Assembly: GCA_002633005.1 (NCBI GenBank)
Contig: NMRA01000223.1
Coordinates: 466,426 to 530,425 of the forward strand
Direction: 5' to 3'
DNA length: 64,000 nt
From: Phoronis australis
Taxonomy: Eukaryota; Animalia; Phoronida
Shown here piece after piece: positions 61,651 through 64,000 of this stretch (its first letter is position 1; every line of letters starts with the position of its first letter). Made by a program: the position numbers and the translations under genes. The notes under the pieces were generated by a model. The model searched no databases and was not told the origin of the DNA. It saw only the letters and a program-made list of their open reading frames with translations.

Positions 61651-62080
61651 GTAAGTGAGGCAATCTCATGTTTTATTCAGTGAAACTTGGATTATTTCCT
61701 GTACCTGTGACTGTGTATCTGTCGGAGCACTTAGTTCTATTTGCTGAATATTATTGGGTCAGATTTGACTAGAACTTCCCTGCTACTGGATCCCTCTGTT
61801 GGTCATGTTCAGATTTATTTTAATTCGCATTCCCTGTGCTTTGCCATGTGCAACACATGCTTGAGAAATTGTTAAATGTTTGTTTTTAGTTGACATGTTA
61901 GACAAAAAAGTTTTTCCAAAGAATGGGCTTGATGTACGAAAACTGACGATGCTCAAATCAAAGTTTGTGCTTTTTAACACGTAGGTTGTATAACTATTAC
62001 CAGTATATGGAGGTTGAGACATTTTGCATTGTGTAAATTTCCACATTCCTAGCTCAACTGTTTTATTTTTCCTCCTACAG

Positions 62081-62307
62081 CTCACTGGTTGGCTATTGAC
62101 GGCGTTCAACCAGCCATTCCTGAGAACCCTCCACCGATATCTAAGGACCTGCAGAAGCTGGAAAGTGTTGATCCCAGCATAAAGTCATCGACTGAAAAAC
62201 TACAGAAGCCTAAACAGGTCACGGAAAATGACAAAACAAGTAAACAAAAAGTTAAACAGCCAGAGATGGCCCGACTTAAGGAGTTAGCAGTGCATGAGTT
62301 GTCCGCA
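62081..62307 (+). CDS. TAF6: TAF6, coding exon 4
   Basis: cctacag|(S)[18 protein letters not shown]...[11 protein letters not shown]|gtaagt. Confidence 0.97.
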
Positions 62308-63149
62308 GTAAGTTTTTTGGAGCTCGTTTTCCTAAGAAGCTTCCGTCTTTTTAGTCTTTAAGTTGGAATGTTGGCCTGATGTCAACACCGTAGTTTATTG
62401 TAATGTGATGCTTGAAGGCGTGATTCCTTTGCTGTTGACAAGGCTGTAAGTTTGGTAACATCTGCTATCTGTAAATACATTGCAAGGGAGCATTCATTAT
62501 TTTAATGTTTTCAGGTGTGTGGAAAGCATTCCTGAAATGTTAATGGTCCCTGATTGTTTCTCAAAAATTACACGAAACGTAATTAATTAGACTAGGAAAT
62601 TTTCTGGTCTCTTAATTTCTTTAGATAGTTTTGAGCTTCATATCAAATTGTATGTGCATTGATGTTCTTGTATTTTGTTTGAAGTGGTTAACAAGCCCAG
62701 TTGGATGGGTGTTCAAGTAACACTGGTCACTGTAATAAGTTTATTTTTTTCTTCTTAATTAAAGCAGTTTTGGCTGTATTTTTGTCCTATTATCTCAAAA
62801 TTTACACTGCTTGATTGGTGTGTTTTGTGTTGGCCCTAGAATGGCTGCAATGGTGTCTGGAAATGGCACCAAGGAAACAAACTTTTATTACAGTACAATA
62901 ACTTGAACATATAATAATGGAATTCATCGTTATCACTGACAAATATGTCTCACATATATGACAAATTAAAGTAAAGTTGATGTGACTTATACATGCAAAA
63001 AAGCATAAAAAACCTGTTGCAATTGAGACTTCCCGGTGACATTTTAAGATGGGACAAATAATGACATGCCATTAAAAACGAATCTGTTCTCTGACGGAGC
63101 GATCCAATGTTTGTTAAGTTACCTCGTACACTTAATCGGCTGGTTTCAG

Positions 63150-63293
63150 GAACAGCAGCTGTATTATAAGGAGATTACTGAGGCATGTGTAGGATCAGAT
63201 GAGATCAAGCGAACAGAAGCGTTGCAAAGCCTTTCTTCCGACCCTGGTCTGCATCAAATGTTGCCCAGGTTTAGTGGGTTTATTTCTGAAGGG
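63150..63293 (+). CDS. TAF6: TAF6, coding exon 5 (gene continues beyond the window)
   Basis: gtttcag|EQQLYYKEITEACVGSDEIKRTEALQSLSSDPGLHQMLPRFSGFISEG|gtgagt. Confidence 0.97.
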
Positions 63294-64000
63294 GTGAGTG
63301 TTTTGTTTTGTATGTCCCGAGCACAACAGATTGTAAATCTCACACAACATGGATTCTGCAACATGCTAGTTCATTTGTTACGAGTCTTGGCTGAACGGGA
63401 TTGGCTAAAAGATTTTACTCAATCCTTTGTGCATATTGCGTCTCCTGCCATCTGTAAAAAGGTGAATTGTCGTTGTCCTTAAACTATGCTTTTGAAAAGA
63501 ATAAAATGACTGTTGATATTCATTTTAATAGATAGTTACCTCAGGGTCTTTGTGAAGGGAATTGCATCTTACTGTTTGCTGGCTAGTGAACATTATACCC
63601 TTTACATGCCAGCTGTAGGCTATAAAACAACTTTGAAGACTGTTGCTAACACTGCCATAGCAGGCAGCATTAAACCATGGGAACCCTTGGGTCTAATTTC
63701 TGAACTGAAGCCTCATACGTAGATATTGGGGTGTATTGAGAGTATGACACCAGACACACTCAGCATTAGCTCTGTTTTAATTTGAGCAGGCAATGCAACA
63801 TTGAAGTTTTAAGATTTGTCTCTTGTAGTGTAAAATATTTGGCTTTGGAGTCAATTTTTTGTTTTTGATCTTTTCTGTTTTAGTTTAGTCTATTCATTAT
63901 CTCAGTTAAATACAGTGGAACTAGCAGAAGTCGGATGCTCTAATTTATCTGAATGGTCAAATGCATGAACTGAAACAATTGTACCACATAGCCTTTTGCA

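Overview
AT-rich, intron-rich genomic DNA from a metazoan, most likely a marine invertebrate (lophotrochozoan or ambulacrarian; the species cannot be fixed from sequence). Most ORF-track entries are noise, so genes were rebuilt by splicing exons by hand. In order: (1) the 3' end of an unidentified + strand gene whose tail has two PPxY motifs; (2) a complete selenoprotein T gene (- strand, 4 coding exons, 197 aa) with a CYSU motif, an in-frame Sec-TGA at 10487-10489 and a SECIS in a separate 3'UTR exon; (3) head-to-head with it, a NIMA-related kinase gene (NEK1/4/5-like, + strand, 9 exons, about 548 aa) with a U12-type intron, whose large introns hold nested Helentron-associated (HINE/DINE-1-like) elements with CTCF-like motifs and an internally deleted Kolobok transposon; (4) a two-exon orphan neuropeptide precursor (151 aa) with a cyclic peptide resembling melanin-concentrating hormone and a C-terminal LRYamide; (5) the first five coding exons of TAF6. 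There are also several MITEs, minisatellites and one 751-N assembly gap. All homology calls come from remembered family motifs, not database searches.
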